A stretch of 64,000 bases of DNA from Candidatus Eiseniibacteriota bacterium (lineage in GTDB: Bacteria; Orphanbacterota; Orphanbacteria; Orphanbacterales; Orphanbacteraceae). Position numbers and translations under genes: made by a program. Where the stretch lies: the NCBI GenBank assembly GCA_043809585.1, contig JBDROZ010000026.1, positions 1-64,000 of the forward strand, read 5' to 3'. Positions 13,794 to 25,076 of this stretch are shown in pieces. How positions within the stretch are numbered: the first letter of the stretch is position 1; every line of letters begins with the position of its first letter. The notes below the pieces were generated by a model that saw only the letters and a list, made by a program, of their open reading frames with translations, ran no database searches and was not told where the DNA came from.

Positions 13794-13831
13794 TCACAAC
13801 CTCCCTCCCGCCGCGAAGAAGGAGGTTGTGA
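13794..13831. repeat. Perfect 11-bp inverted repeat between ligA and hutU
   Basis: TCACAACCTCC-N16-GGAGGTTGTGA. Confidence 0.6.
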
Positions 13832-13882
13832 AAGCGATTCCGCGCGGCGACCGAACGAGACACTCCCGAGGGGGGAAGAGAC

Positions 13883-15546
<1,664 letters not shown>

Positions 15547-15550
<4 letters not shown>

Positions 15551-16813
15551 GAGAGCCCTGCGACCTGATCGTGCGGAACGCTTCCTGCCTCGCGACCGTG
15601 GCGGGGGGCGGTTCCGGGCCCCTCCTCTCGCCGACGTGGGACGATCTCGGCATGATCGAGGACGGAGCGATCGCGGCGAGGGAGGGACGGATCGTCGCCG
15701 TGGGAACCACCGCGGAAGTGGAGCGCGCCGTGGAGACGAACGGCGCCACCCTCGTCCTCGACGGGCGGGACCGTCTCGTTCTGCCCGGCTTCGTCGATCC
15801 CCACACCCACTTCCTCTTCGCCGGCAACCGGGCGGACGAGTACGCCCTTCGCGTGGAAGGGATCGACTACCTCGAAATCCGCCGCCGCGGGGGGGGGGAT
15901 CCGGAACACGGTCCGCGCCTTCCGGGCCGCGTCGGACGACGATCTCCTCGCCGCCGGCCGGGACCGCCTCGACTCGTTCCTCTCCTTCGGCACCACCACG
16001 GCGGAGGGGAAGAGCGGCTACGGCCTGACGACGGAGCAGGAGCTCCGGGCCCTTCTTCTCATGAAGAGATTGGGCGACGGGCACGCGGTCACGGTGGTCC
16101 CCACCTTTCTCGGCGCCCACGAGATTCCCGAAGAGTACGAAGGGCGGAAGGAGGATTACGTCCGTCTCGTCACGGACGAGATGATCCCCGCCGTCCGGGA
16201 ACACGCGGTCTTCTGCGACGTCTTCTGCGAGGAGGGGGTCTTCTCGGTCGATCAATCCCGGGAGATCCTGACGGCGGGCAAACGGCACGGCTTGAAGCCG
16301 AAGCTCCACGCCGAGGAGTTCGTCTCCATCGGCGGCGGCGAGCTCGCCGGCGAGGTCGGGGCCGTCTCCGCCGACCACCTTCTCGTGGTGAGCGAGGAAG
16401 GTTGCGCGGCGATGGCCCGGAGCGGAACCGTGGCCGTCCTCCTGCCGGGGACCGCCATCGGCCTGGCGGGACCGCACTTCGCCGACGTCGACCGCTTCCG
16501 CCGCCACGGCGTGCCGGTCGCCCTCGGGACCGACTGCAACCCCGGCTCCTCCTTCACCGAGTCCATGGCGGCCATGGTCTCCCTCTCCTGCTCCCTCGAG
16601 AGACTGACCGTGCCGGAGGGGATCGCCGGGGCCACTCGAAACGCCGCCGCGGCCCTCGATCTCGAGAAGGAGATCGGGTCTCTGGCGCCGGGAATGAAAG
16701 CCGACTTCCTCCTTCTCCGGGCCCGACACCCCGCCGATGTGCCCTATCGCTTCGCCACCAACCTCGTCGAGAAAGTGATCAAAGAGGGCGCCCTCGTGTG
16801 GGAGGCGTCTTAG
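15547..16813 (+). pseudogene. hutI: Imidazolonepropionase, split by one extra G in a G10 run (possibly a sequence error)
   Basis: PGFVDPHTH before the shift; EGKSGYGL, TFLGAH, KLHAEE, SADHL and TDCNPGSS after it; removing one G at 15889-15898 restores RGGGIRNTV and ~421 aa. Confidence 0.9.
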
Positions 16814-17004
16814 CCTTGATCTTCCCTAAAATCTCGGCTCAGAACGCTGACGCTCGCATGATGGCACGCCATCTGCGACAGGGCGCGGCATTCACCAATG
16901 CTCACATATCGTTGGATATGCTCTGCTTGGTGAATGCTGCGCGCTGCCGCATCTGACGCACTCTCACGCGTTTGCTCTCGAGATTTCATGAAAGATCAAG
17001 GCTA
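16811..17004. mobile_element. MITE-like palindromic element, 194 bp, TA-bounded
   Basis: 26-bp TIRs TAGCCTTGATCTTCCCTAAAATCTCG / CGAGATTTCATGAAAGATCAAGGCTA (23/26); lower GC; long internal hairpin. Confidence 0.7.
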
Positions 17005-17070
17005 GCTCCCTGAAATCAACGATTTGTGAGCGCGGGCCGGACGGGGATCGACCGATTTCCCTCCGGCCCG

Positions 17071-17095
17071 TCAAGGTTTGGGGGAATCGGCCGAA
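17071..17095 (+). promoter_or_regulatory. Sigma28/FliA-like promoter
   Basis: TCAAG-N14-GCCGAA upstream of the TPR gene. Confidence 0.45.
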
Positions 17096-17174
17096 CTTAC
17101 GAGGAGAACAAGGGATAGTGGGGGAACTTCGGTTCCCGGCCGAATGGGACTGCCCGGACATCGGAGATTGGCCC

Positions 17175-18599
17175 TTGGCATCGGTTTCGGAGATTCTGAA
17201 GACCGCAAGGGAATACGAGCGGAAAGGGGACTGGGACGGCGCGGCCGCCGAGTACCGGAAGCTGCAGGAGATGGACCCCTGTCCGCCGATCGCCTACAAC
17301 CTGATGGGGGACCTGTTCCACCGGAAGGGGGACGGCGAGGAGGCGTACCGCTGGTATCAGGAAGCGGTGGGCCGATACGCCCAGGAGGGGCTTTACGGGA
17401 ACGCCATCGGCGTCTGCCGGAAGATCCTCCGCCAGTACCCGGAAAGAGAAGAGGTTTCCGAGCAGCTCGGCGGCCTCTTCTTTTCCCAGGGACTTTCCCG
17501 GGAAGCGGTGAAACACTACATGAACTTCACCGTACGGGCGGCCGAGTCCGGCGATAGCGAGGCGGTGGTGCGCACCGCCGGCCGGGTCCGGGAGATCCTC
17601 GCCGACGACGCCGGCGTGCGCGAGAGGCTGGGGGAGATCTTCGTCTCCCTCTCCCTGCCCGACGAGGGGGTGAGGGACCTCCAGGCCGCCCTCGAAACCT
17701 ACCGGCAGAGCGGCAAGGATCACGACGCGGAGCGGGTGACGGCGAGACTCCGTGAGGTGGAGCCGACCGCGAAGGCCGACCCCCTCTCCCTCATGGACGA
17801 GAAGGATCCCTCCCTCAGGCTGACGACGGCCGGGGATCCGGTGCGGCCGGAGCACGAGGAGGGCGTGGAGACGCTGGAGCCCCTCGATCACAGCCGCATC
17901 GAATCGATGGCCCCGCGGGATCCCATGGCGGCGGAGCCGCAGGGGACCGGCGGGCCGGAGAACCCGCCCGGAGAGAGCGGGGCGGGCTTCGTGCCCGAGG
18001 GGTTCTCGTCGGAGGAAATCGAGATCCTCGATCCCCGATCGTTCGCCGAGAGAGATCGCGAGGAGGAGCCCCCCGTCGACGGCCCGGCGGCCCCCGCCCG
18101 TCCCTCCCCCGAGGAGCGAATCCCGGATCTTCCCGCCGAAGATGGAACGATCGTCTCCCCCTCGAGCGGCGGAGACGACGATTTCGTCCCGGTCAAGGAG
18201 ATCCTCCGAGAGTTCCAGGACGGCGTGGAGAAGATCATCGGCGAAAAAGACTACCAGTCCCACTACGACATGGGAATGTCGTACAAGGAGATGGATCTCT
18301 ACGAAGAGGCCCTCCACGAGTTCGAGCAGGCGGCGGCGGACCCGAATCTCGCCCCCTCGTGCCACGAGATGCGGGGTGCCGTGCTTCTCGATCTTGGAAG
18401 AGTGGAGGAGAGCATCGACGTCCTCCGGAAGCTGGCGGCCCGGGAGGGCGAAGACCAAGTCGGGATTCACTTCCTTCTCGGCGTCGCCTATGAGAAACTG
18501 GACCGGTCGGACGACGCCCTCCGGGAATACCGGTACGTGGAGGAGCGGAATCCGGAATTCCGGGACGTCCGGGAGAGGATCGCGGCAATCGCCGAGTAG
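17175..18599 (+). CDS. TPR protein with acidic/Pro-rich linker (SgmX/FimV-C-like)
   Basis: N- and C-terminal TPR helices; HYDMGMSYKEMDLYEEA; TTG start after GGAG (ORF track starts at 17118). Confidence 0.7.
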   Translation: MASVSEILKTAREYERKGDWDGAAAEYRKLQEMDPCPPIAYNLMGDLFHRKGDGEEAYRWYQEAVGRYAQEGLYGNAIGVCRKILRQYPEREEVSEQLGGLFFSQGLSREAVKHYMNFTVRAAESGDSEAVVRTAGRVREILADDAGVRERLGEIFVSLSLPDEGVRDLQAALETYRQSGKDHDAERVTARLREVEPTAKADPLSLMDEKDPSLRLTTAGDPVRPEHEEGVETLEPLDHSRIESMAPRDPMAAEPQGTGGPENPPGESGAGFVPEGFSSEEIEILDPRSFAERDREEEPPVDGPAAPARPSPEERIPDLPAEDGTIVSPSSGGDDDFVPVKEILREFQDGVEKIIGEKDYQSHYDMGMSYKEMDLYEEALHEFEQAAADPNLAPSCHEMRGAVLLDLGRVEESIDVLRKLAAREGEDQVGIHFLLGVAYEKLDRSDDALREYRYVEERNPEFRDVRERIAAIAE

Positions 18600-18614
18600 C
18601 CCGCGGGGGGCCGG

Positions 18615-19442
18615 GTGAGTCAGATCTACGCCGACCTTCACACCCACACGCACTTTTCCGACGGGATCATCTCTCCCAAAGAACTCCTGCTCCGCGCCGG
18701 GTTCGCCGGCCTTTCCGTCATCGCCCTCACCGATCACGATACGGTGGACGGCTTCGCCCCCATGGTCGAATCGGCCATGCCCGGATCACCCGAGGTGATC
18801 CCTGGTGTGGAGCTCTCGTGCACGGAAGGGGATACGGAGGTCCACCTCCTCGGGTACGACATCGATCCCGACCACGGGCCGCTCCGGGAGGAATTGCGGC
18901 GGATCCGGGCCCGGCGGGTGGAGCGGGCCCAAAGAATCGTTGACCGTCTCCGCGAGTTTCATATAGTTTTGGATTTCGAAGAGGTGATGGCCCTCACCCG
19001 GAACGGTCTGGTGGGGCGGCCCCACATCGCGGAGGCGATGATCCGGGGAGGGCACGTCGACGACTTGGACACGGTCTACCGGAAGTACCTCGGCGACGGG
19101 AAGCCGGCGGCCGTCCCGAAGCGGTTCCTCAGTCCCGCCGAGGGGATTCGTCTGATTCGCGAGGCGGGAGGATGGGTTTCGGTGGCCCACCCCGGTGTGA
19201 CCCGGATGGACGCGCGCCTGCCGGACCTCGCCCACCGGGGGCTCGCCGGCCTGGAGGTGTGGCATCCGAAACACTCGCTTCGGGATATCGACCGGTTCTC
19301 GTCGACCTGCGAGCGCATCGAGCTGGTACCGACGGGCGGCTCGGATTACCACGGCTACGACTCGGGGGCCACGATCCTCGGCCACTACGGTCTCACCCGG
19401 GAAAGGTACGAGCGATTTCGCGCGGCCGTCCGCAAACGCTAG
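18615..19442 (+). CDS. PHP-domain phosphoesterase (TrpH/YciV-like)
   Basis: DLHTHTHFSDG, ALTDHD, GRPHIA, AHP and TGGSDYHG motifs. Confidence 0.9.
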   Translation: MSQIYADLHTHTHFSDGIISPKELLLRAGFAGLSVIALTDHDTVDGFAPMVESAMPGSPEVIPGVELSCTEGDTEVHLLGYDIDPDHGPLREELRRIRARRVERAQRIVDRLREFHIVLDFEEVMALTRNGLVGRPHIAEAMIRGGHVDDLDTVYRKYLGDGKPAAVPKRFLSPAEGIRLIREAGGWVSVAHPGVTRMDARLPDLAHRGLAGLEVWHPKHSLRDIDRFSSTCERIELVPTGGSDYHGYDSGATILGHYGLTRERYERFRAAVRKR

Positions 19443-19632
19443 CCGTCCTCTACATTCCTTCCTGGTCCTTCTCTCGCTCGTCGTTCCCCTTTCCGTCCGC
19501 GCGGAAGGGCCGGACTCGACCACGGCCTTTCCCCAGGCGATTCGGGCCGATTCCGCGGCGGCGAAGGCCCCGACCGACTCGGTCTCCTCGGCCGCCGGCT
19601 CGCCCGGGGTTCCCGTCGATTCGACGGCGGCC

Positions 19633-21363
19633 TTGCCGGAGGGAGGACCGGAGGGAGAGGCGGTCACTAGGGAGACGCTGGGGATCTCACTCGAAGAGCC
19701 GCCCGAGCCGGTGGGCATGTGGCTCCGGGAGAGGGAGGGGGCGGGACGCTACGGGGACCGGACTTGGGGGGATATGGCCGCCGCCCTTCCCCTTGCGCGG
19801 GTCGACCGTTTCGGTCCGATCGGTTTCTTCGAGACATTCCGCCTCGGAGGCGTCGGGGCGCCGGCGGTGCTGGTCGACGGGATCCCCTGGCCCCGGGACG
19901 GGGGGGGGCTGCCGAACGGGATGACCCTGCCCGACGCCGGCATCGGCGCCTTCGAGATTCAGACGCCCCGGATTCTCCCCGGCCTCGCCCTCCTCGCCCC
20001 GGACGGGGCGATCCTCCTCGAATCGGATCCATGGCTCGGCGGTCCGCCCCGGAGCTTCGCCGCCGCCGAGCGGGGGCCCTCGGGATGGCGGAACTACGGT
20101 TTCGGATTCGCCCGGGACTTCACCCGCCAGGTGGCGGTCATGCTGGACGGGACATTCCGGCAGGCGGACGAATTCGAGCTCGACAGCCATCAGGCCTTCG
20201 GCGCCGGCTTCCGGACCCGCGTCAGGGTGAGGCAGGACCTGATCGTACGGGCCGGCCACCGGCGCCATGACGACGACCAGATCCTTATCGACCCCGCACT
20301 CCGAAGCGGTTTCTCCCACGACGGGTCCGACGAGCGCCGCGTCTCCTACGTCGAGGTGCTCTCGCCGGGAATGATTGGACTTGTCTACGAGACGCGGATA
20401 ATATCGGCTGCGGTGGCGCGGGAAGCGTCGTTCGATGACGTCCGGATCGCCGACGAGCGCCGGGGCCTGCGCGTTTCCCGGCGGGACGGGATCGGCGCCG
20501 CCCGGCTCACGACGGCGGTCCGGGCCGAAGCGCGGAAGGCGGAGAAGGATGGCGCCGTCCGCGAGGCGGGCCTCGGCGCGCTCGCGGTCGGAATCACCTG
20601 TCCCGTCGCGGAAGACCTGACGGCCCGCTTCTCCGTCTTGGGTGAATTCGGCGAGGGGGAGGAGGCCCGGCAGAGCGGTGAGGGCGTCCTGGTCCGGCGG
20701 GGGAGCGTGCCCCTCCTCCTTCGGATCGGCCGGGCGTGGCAGGATCGATCCGTCGGCCGGTGGGTCGAAGGGGGAGGGCGGCCCGGCGTGGTCCGGTACG
20801 GGGAACTAGGATTCGCCGTTTCTTCCCTCCCGGCCTCTCCCGGGGTTCGCTACTTTCGAAGGGAGGGGGATTCGGTCCTCCGGCTCTCTTCCATCGACGC
20901 TTTTCGGGAGGACGGGACGGTCGTCGACGAGCGCGTCGACGGCGTCGAGGTCTCCGCCGGGGGATCCCGGGGGACGTTCGAAGGGGAGGCCTCGTACCTC
21001 TGGTCCCGGGCCCGGGAGAAGGGCTCGGCCGGACGGCCCCCCTATCACTCGGACCATGTCGTTCGAGGCCGGGTCTCGTACGCGCTTCCGATCCCCGGGC
21101 TCCCGGTGGTTCCGAGGTGGGACGCCCTCGCCGAATGGCGGTCGGACCGGGCCGCACCGGAGCGAACGGAACCGATGGAACGGTGGTTCACCCTGCGCGG
21201 CCGGGTGACCCTCAGGCTCCGGGGGGTCGATCTCTTCGCCCAACTGGAGCAGGTCCTCGGCCACCGGAACGAGTACGTCGACGGGCCCCTCCCGGGGAGC
21301 GACGGAGTCCTTTCGGGGTCGCAGCAAATTCACCTGGGTCTCTACTGGCCCTTTGTCGACTGA
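19633..21363 (+). CDS. TonB-dependent-receptor-like outer-membrane protein (true start probably upstream, ~19410-19460)
   Basis: Plug-like VLVDGIP motif; beta-strand pattern; in-frame signal-peptide-like segment upstream. Confidence 0.55.
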   Translation: MPEGGPEGEAVTRETLGISLEEPPEPVGMWLREREGAGRYGDRTWGDMAAALPLARVDRFGPIGFFETFRLGGVGAPAVLVDGIPWPRDGGGLPNGMTLPDAGIGAFEIQTPRILPGLALLAPDGAILLESDPWLGGPPRSFAAAERGPSGWRNYGFGFARDFTRQVAVMLDGTFRQADEFELDSHQAFGAGFRTRVRVRQDLIVRAGHRRHDDDQILIDPALRSGFSHDGSDERRVSYVEVLSPGMIGLVYETRIISAAVAREASFDDVRIADERRGLRVSRRDGIGAARLTTAVRAEARKAEKDGAVREAGLGALAVGITCPVAEDLTARFSVLGEFGEGEEARQSGEGVLVRRGSVPLLLRIGRAWQDRSVGRWVEGGGRPGVVRYGELGFAVSSLPASPGVRYFRREGDSVLRLSSIDAFREDGTVVDERVDGVEVSAGGSRGTFEGEASYLWSRAREKGSAGRPPYHSDHVVRGRVSYALPIPGLPVVPRWDALAEWRSDRAAPERTEPMERWFTLRGRVTLRLRGVDLFAQLEQVLGHRNEYVDGPLPGSDGVLSGSQQIHLGLYWPFVD

Positions 21364-21372
21364 GGGATCATC

Positions 21373-21984
21373 GTGCCTCAGAGTCTGAACGGAATCGACA
21401 TTCTGATCCTCGTGCTGCTCGGGCTCTTCTTCCTCCACGGCATGATGCGGGGCCTGGTGCGGGCGCTCTTCTCTCTCGCCGCTCTGGTCGCCGGGTGGGT
21501 CGTCGCCTCCCGTTTCCATCTCGACATCGCCTCGCGGTGGTCCGTTTCGGGCGAAGCGGCGGAACTCGGCCTCCGGGTCGGCGTCTTCGCCCTCCTCTTT
21601 CTCGGTACGGCGCTCCTGGTCCGGCTCGTCGGCCACGGCGTGAACAAGGTTCTCTCCGACTCGCCCCTCTCCCTCGCGAACCGCGTCCTGGGGGGGATCT
21701 GCGGTCTCCTCGTGGGGAGCGTCTTTCTCGGTGTTCTCTTCCTCGTCGTGGCGACCTATTTTCCGTCCGGCCACCGGGTGCTCGGGGACGCCGAGCTGTA
21801 CGGTCCCATCACCGGCGTGGTGCGGGTCCTTGCCCGGGCGCTGCCTGCGGAGGCGCGGGGGCTTCTGGAACGGCATCTGGACGTGGAGAAGGCGCCCCTC
21901 CCCGGAGCCGCCGACGACTACGTGTCGGCCCCCGTGCGGGCGGATTTCGAGAGGAGCATGGATGAATCCGGACATCTTTCGTGA
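21373..21984 (+). CDS. cvpA: CvpA/colicin V production family membrane protein
   Basis: DILIL..GMMRGLVR..FSL and NRVLGGICG motifs; four TM segments. Confidence 0.85.
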   Translation: MPQSLNGIDILILVLLGLFFLHGMMRGLVRALFSLAALVAGWVVASRFHLDIASRWSVSGEAAELGLRVGVFALLFLGTALLVRLVGHGVNKVLSDSPLSLANRVLGGICGLLVGSVFLGVLFLVVATYFPSGHRVLGDAELYGPITGVVRVLARALPAEARGLLERHLDVEKAPLPGAADDYVSAPVRADFERSMDESGHLS

Positions 21985-23341
21985 GTACGACATTCGGGGC
22001 GTGGTGGAACGGGATCTTACGCCGGAGACGGCCCGCCTCCTCGGCCGGGGAATCGGGACCTATGTCAAGAGGCGGTGGAAGGGGGAGGTCGTGGTCGGGC
22101 GGGACGTGCGTCTCAGCTCCGACCGCCTCGCCGAGGCGATCTTCGCCGGCCTGAACGAAGCGGGTCTCCACGCCGTCGACCTCGGCATGGTGCCGACCCC
22201 TCTCCTCTATTATGCGGTCACCCGGGGGGGCGAGGACTCCTTCGCCGCGGGCATCATGATCACGGGCAGTCACAATCCGCCCGAGTTCAACGGCTTCAAG
22301 GTGTGCCACGGCACGCTCCCCGTCTTCGGCCCCGACATCCAGGAGATCCGGAAACTGATCGAGACCGGGGACTTCGAGTCGGGGGGCGGTTCCGTCCGTT
22401 CCCTGGATGTCCGGCACGACTACATCGAGAAGATCGTGGGGAGCGTCCGCGTGGCCCGGGGTGTCCGGGTCGCCGTGGATTGTGGGAACGGAACGGCCGG
22501 TCCCACGGCGGTCCCGATCTTCCGGAGGCTCGGCTGCGACGTGATCCCCCTCTTCGCGGAGCCCGACGGACGCTTCCCGAACCACCACCCGGACCCGACC
22601 GTGCCCGAGTACATCGAGGCGCTCATCCGGGAGGTGAAGGAGAAGAAGTGCGAGTTCGGGATCGGGTATGACGGCGACTCGGACCGGATCGGCGCGGTCG
22701 ACGAGAAGGGGGACATCCTCTTCGGCGACACCCTGACCGGCATTTTCGCCCTTTCGATCCTGAAGGAGAAGAAGGGGGCGAAGATCGTCTTCGACGTGAA
22801 GTGCTCCCAGGGGCTCGTGGAGGCGATCACCGCGGCGGGGGGGGTGCCCGTGATGTGGAAGACCGGCCACTCTCATCTGAAGAAGAAACTGAAGGAGGAA
22901 GGCGCTCCCTTCGCGGGGGAGATGAGCGGTCACGTCTTCTTCGCCGACCGGTACTACGGGTACGACGACGCGATCTACGCCTCCTGCCGCCTCGCGGAGA
23001 TCGCGGGGGGGGAGGACCGTCCCCTGTCGGCGATCGCCGCCGACATCCCGCGGTACCACTCGACGCCGGAGATTCGCATCGACTGCCCGGACTCGAAGAA
23101 GTTCGGCGTCGTGAAGGCGATGCAGGAGAAGTTCCGGGCGACCCATGACGTGATCGACATCGACGGCGCCCGCGTCGATTTCGGCGACGGGTGGGGGCTG
23201 ATCCGGGCCTCGAACACCCAGCCCGTGCTCGTACTCCGCTTCGAGGCGAAGACCGAGGAGGCCCTCGGGAGGATCCGGGCCGCCTTCGGAGAGGCCCTCG
23301 GCGGGCACATCCCGGTCCCCGCGGAGGTGCTCGGCCGGTGA
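21962..23341 (+). CDS. Phosphomannomutase/phosphoglucomutase
   Basis: IFREYDIRG, TGSHNP, DGDSDR, GEMSGH and RASNT motifs. Confidence 0.95.
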   Translation: MNPDIFREYDIRGVVERDLTPETARLLGRGIGTYVKRRWKGEVVVGRDVRLSSDRLAEAIFAGLNEAGLHAVDLGMVPTPLLYYAVTRGGEDSFAAGIMITGSHNPPEFNGFKVCHGTLPVFGPDIQEIRKLIETGDFESGGGSVRSLDVRHDYIEKIVGSVRVARGVRVAVDCGNGTAGPTAVPIFRRLGCDVIPLFAEPDGRFPNHHPDPTVPEYIEALIREVKEKKCEFGIGYDGDSDRIGAVDEKGDILFGDTLTGIFALSILKEKKGAKIVFDVKCSQGLVEAITAAGGVPVMWKTGHSHLKKKLKEEGAPFAGEMSGHVFFADRYYGYDDAIYASCRLAEIAGGEDRPLSAIAADIPRYHSTPEIRIDCPDSKKFGVVKAMQEKFRATHDVIDIDGARVDFGDGWGLIRASNTQPVLVLRFEAKTEEALGRIRAAFGEALGGHIPVPAEVLGR

Positions 23342-24408
23342 TTGCGGTGATCATGGCGGGGGGGAGCGGAACCCGGTTCTGGCCCCGGAGCACGGAATCG
23401 GAGCCGAAACAGTTCCTCCCCCTGCTCGGCGGACGATCGTTGCTCGCCGATACGGTCGATCGAATCGCCCCCCTCGTGCCGCCGGAGCGCGTCGTGGTCG
23501 TGACGGGCGAGGCGTTCGTCGAGCGTACCCGGCGGGAGGCGCCCGGTCTTCCCCCGGAGAACGTGCTCGGCGAGCCTCTCGGGCGGAACACGGCCCCCTG
23601 TATCGCCCTCGCCGCCGCCTGGTGCGCCGCCCGGTTCGGCGAGGACGAGGTGATGATCGTGCTCCCCGCGGACCATCACGTCGGAAAGCCGGAGCGCTTT
23701 CTCGAGATCCTCCGGGCGGGCGGAGCATTCTGCGCGGAGAAGCCCTATCTGCTCACTATCGGCATCCGCCCGACGGGCCCCGAAACGGGCTACGGGTATC
23801 TCGAAATCGGCGGGGCGATCGGCGGGGCCGAAGATCTCCCGGTCCACCGCGTCGACCGGTTCGTGGAGAAACCGGACCGGGCCACGGCGGAAAAGTACCT
23901 CCGCTCCGGGCGCTTTCTCTGGAACAGCGGGATGTTCCTCTGGCGGACCGCGGTGATCGTCGAGGCCCTGGAGCGGCATGTTCCCGAGTCGCGGGAGGCC
24001 ATGGCGCTTTATCGGAAGGCGAAGCGGGGGGACCTCGGCCGCCTTCTCGAGGAGACCTATCCGAAGTTTCCGGCCCTCTCCATCGACTACGCCGTGATGG
24101 AGAAGGCCGAGGCGGTGGCCGCCATCCCCGCCGACTTCCCGTGGAGCGACGTCGGGAGCTGGAGCGCTCTCGGCGAACTCCTCCCGGCGGACGGCGAGGG
24201 GAATCGCGTTTCGGGCCGCCACGCCGGCATCGACACGAAGGGGTGCGTCATCTACGCCCCCGGCCGGCTCGTCGCCACCATCGGTGTCGAGAACCTGATC
24301 GTGGTGGAGACGGAGCGGGCCGTTCTCGTCTGCCCGAAAGAAAGGGCCCAGGAGGTGAAGGCGATGGTGGAGCGCCTCCGCGCCTCGGGCCGCGACGACC
24401 TCCTTTAG
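23338..24408 (+). CDS. manC: Mannose-1-phosphate guanylyltransferase
   Basis: MAGGSGTRFWPRS, EPLGRNTAP, TGYGY, WNSGMF, SIDYAVME and WSDVGSW motifs. Confidence 0.95.
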   Translation: MIAVIMAGGSGTRFWPRSTESEPKQFLPLLGGRSLLADTVDRIAPLVPPERVVVVTGEAFVERTRREAPGLPPENVLGEPLGRNTAPCIALAAAWCAARFGEDEVMIVLPADHHVGKPERFLEILRAGGAFCAEKPYLLTIGIRPTGPETGYGYLEIGGAIGGAEDLPVHRVDRFVEKPDRATAEKYLRSGRFLWNSGMFLWRTAVIVEALERHVPESREAMALYRKAKRGDLGRLLEETYPKFPALSIDYAVMEKAEAVAAIPADFPWSDVGSWSALGELLPADGEGNRVSGRHAGIDTKGCVIYAPGRLVATIGVENLIVVETERAVLVCPKERAQEVKAMVERLRASGRDDLL

Positions 24409-24593
24409 ACCGCGTCCGCGCCCGCGGCGGAGCCCATGGTGCGCCCCGTGATCTTCCCCGGATCCCCCGGCGCCCCCCGGGGTCTCCGCGAACGTTCCCA
24501 CGGAAATTCTTTCCCGATTTCCCGTTTCGCGCGAAAGAGAGACAAATCCGCCTAATTTATTGTGGACGTTGAGATTCCACGGCTGGAAGACGC

Positions 24594-24618
24594 TTCAGGA
24601 TTGCCTTCCCCTGCCGAT
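24594..24618 (+). promoter_or_regulatory. Sigma28/FliA-like promoter upstream of comEA-pilBTC
   Basis: TTCAG-N14-GCCGAT. Confidence 0.4.
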
Positions 24619-24677
24619 CCGTTGGTTAGCGACCGTCTCGGATTGCGTTCCTCTTCCGGCCGCGGGGGAGGAGAACT

Positions 24678-25076
24678 ATGACGAGTCAAGAGCGGTGGTT
24701 GGTGATCCTCGTGGCATTTCTCGTTCTCTTCGGGAGCGCGGCGCGCCGTTACCGGCTCGCCCCGGCGGAAAGGTCCCGGCCCGCGCCGGCTTCGATCGAG
24801 CCGGAAGCCGAGAGTCCGGGGGAAAAGAAGGAAGAGCCGGAGGAGGACCGGATCGACCTGAACCGGTGTGACGCCCGGGAACTGGAAGAACTCCCCGGCC
24901 TCGGGCCGGTGCTGGCCCGGCGGGTGATCGACTGGAGAGAAGCGCACGGTCCCTACGGAACCGTGGAGGATCTCGTGAAGGTGCGGGGAATCGGACCGAA
25001 GACCTTGCGGCGCGTGCGGTCCCGGCTTGTCGTGACGGCCGGGGAGAATCGCGGAGGGGAGTCCGGGAAACCATGA
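24678..25076 (+). CDS. comEA: ComEA-family helix-hairpin-helix DNA-binding protein
   Basis: N-terminal anchor; IDLN...LPGLGP..A..VIDWRE..G...VEDL.KVRGIGPK. Confidence 0.9.
   Translation: MTSQERWLVILVAFLVLFGSAARRYRLAPAERSRPAPASIEPEAESPGEKKEEPEEDRIDLNRCDARELEELPGLGPVLARRVIDWREAHGPYGTVEDLVKVRGIGPKTLRRVRSRLVVTAGENRGGESGKP

Noticed and set aside
16811-17004. 6S RNA or tRNA
   Set aside because: Ends match the TIRs of the 10999 element and no cloverleaf is visible; an Rfam scan would settle the 6S question
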